DNA from: Acidobacteriota bacterium
GTDB taxonomy: Bacteria; Acidobacteriota; UBA6911; RPQK01; JANQFM01
Length of the DNA stretch: 57,392 nt
Assembly (NCBI GenBank): GCA_041630155.1
Contig: JBFKLX010000005.1
Span: 1-57,392, forward strand
Direction of reading: 5' to 3'
This document shows, one piece after another, positions 57,131-57,392 of the stretch (its first letter is position 1; every line of letters starts with the position of its first letter). Both the position numbers and the translations under genes were made by a program. Under the pieces are notes generated by a model. It worked only from the letters and a program-made list of their open reading frames with translations, was not told where the DNA came from and searched no databases.

Positions 57131-57392
57131 CTATTCGACGGTCACCGATTTGGCCAGATTGCGCGGCTGGTCGATCTCGCAACCACGCAACAAGGCAATA
57201 TGATACGCCAGCAACTGGAGCGGAATCGCGGTCAGCAGCGGTGTGAACAACTCGTCACAGGCCGGCACCCCAAGGTAGGCGTCGCTCAATTGTGCCAGCT
57301 CCGGATCGCCTTCGGTCCCCACACTGATCACGGGTCCGCGGCGGGCTTTGATTTCCTGCACGTTCGAGAGCATTTTCCGGTAGGTCGAATCG
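57131..57392 (-). CDS. glmS: Glutamine-fructose-6-phosphate aminotransferase, 3' end
   Basis: Invariant C-terminus IPLQLLAYHIA..RG..IDQPRNLAKSVTVE. Confidence 0.96.
   Translation of the reverse strand, partial: DSTYRKMLSNVQEIKARRGPVISVGTEGDPELAQLSDAYLGVPACDELFTPLLTAIPLQLLAYHIALLRGCEIDQPRNLAKSVTVE

Overview
GC-rich bacterial chromosomal window. It is probably from a diderm such as Acidobacteriota, inferred from outer-membrane barrels, three DUF4097 proteins, an ECF/zf-HC2-HEAT locus and ChdC. It holds about 47 densely packed genes, and I recognised no tRNA, rRNA, CRISPR array or transposase. Housekeeping and metabolic genes include yjbQ, chdC/hemQ, hutF, aroC, pcm, rnhB, the 3' end of glmS, two amidases, a D-aminoacylase, an iodotyrosine-deiodinase-like enzyme and an ACAD10/11-like kinase plus dehydrogenase. 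The most interesting items are: (1) a divergent five-gene locus at 44541-53500 that pairs an NTT-like nucleotide translocase-HEAT fusion and a double cNMP-domain protein with an apparently exported His-swivel/ATP-grasp dikinase and two exported beta-lactamase-fold serine hydrolases, a candidate periplasmic ATP-dependent phosphorylation system; (2) an unannotated, highly structured ~200-nt minus-strand RNA at 10439-10641 with C-rich loops, its own sigma70 promoter and two Rex/CRP-like boxes; (3) a partner-switching operon with a membrane PP2C phosphatase/pseudophosphatase pair; (4) an ECF promoter motif shared by all three DUF4097 loci; (5) a Fur-ferritin fusion, an output-less dCache sensor and dispersed REP-like palindromes. 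I moved many ORF-track starts to more plausible downstream codons. All family assignments come from motif recognition by eye; no database searches were run.
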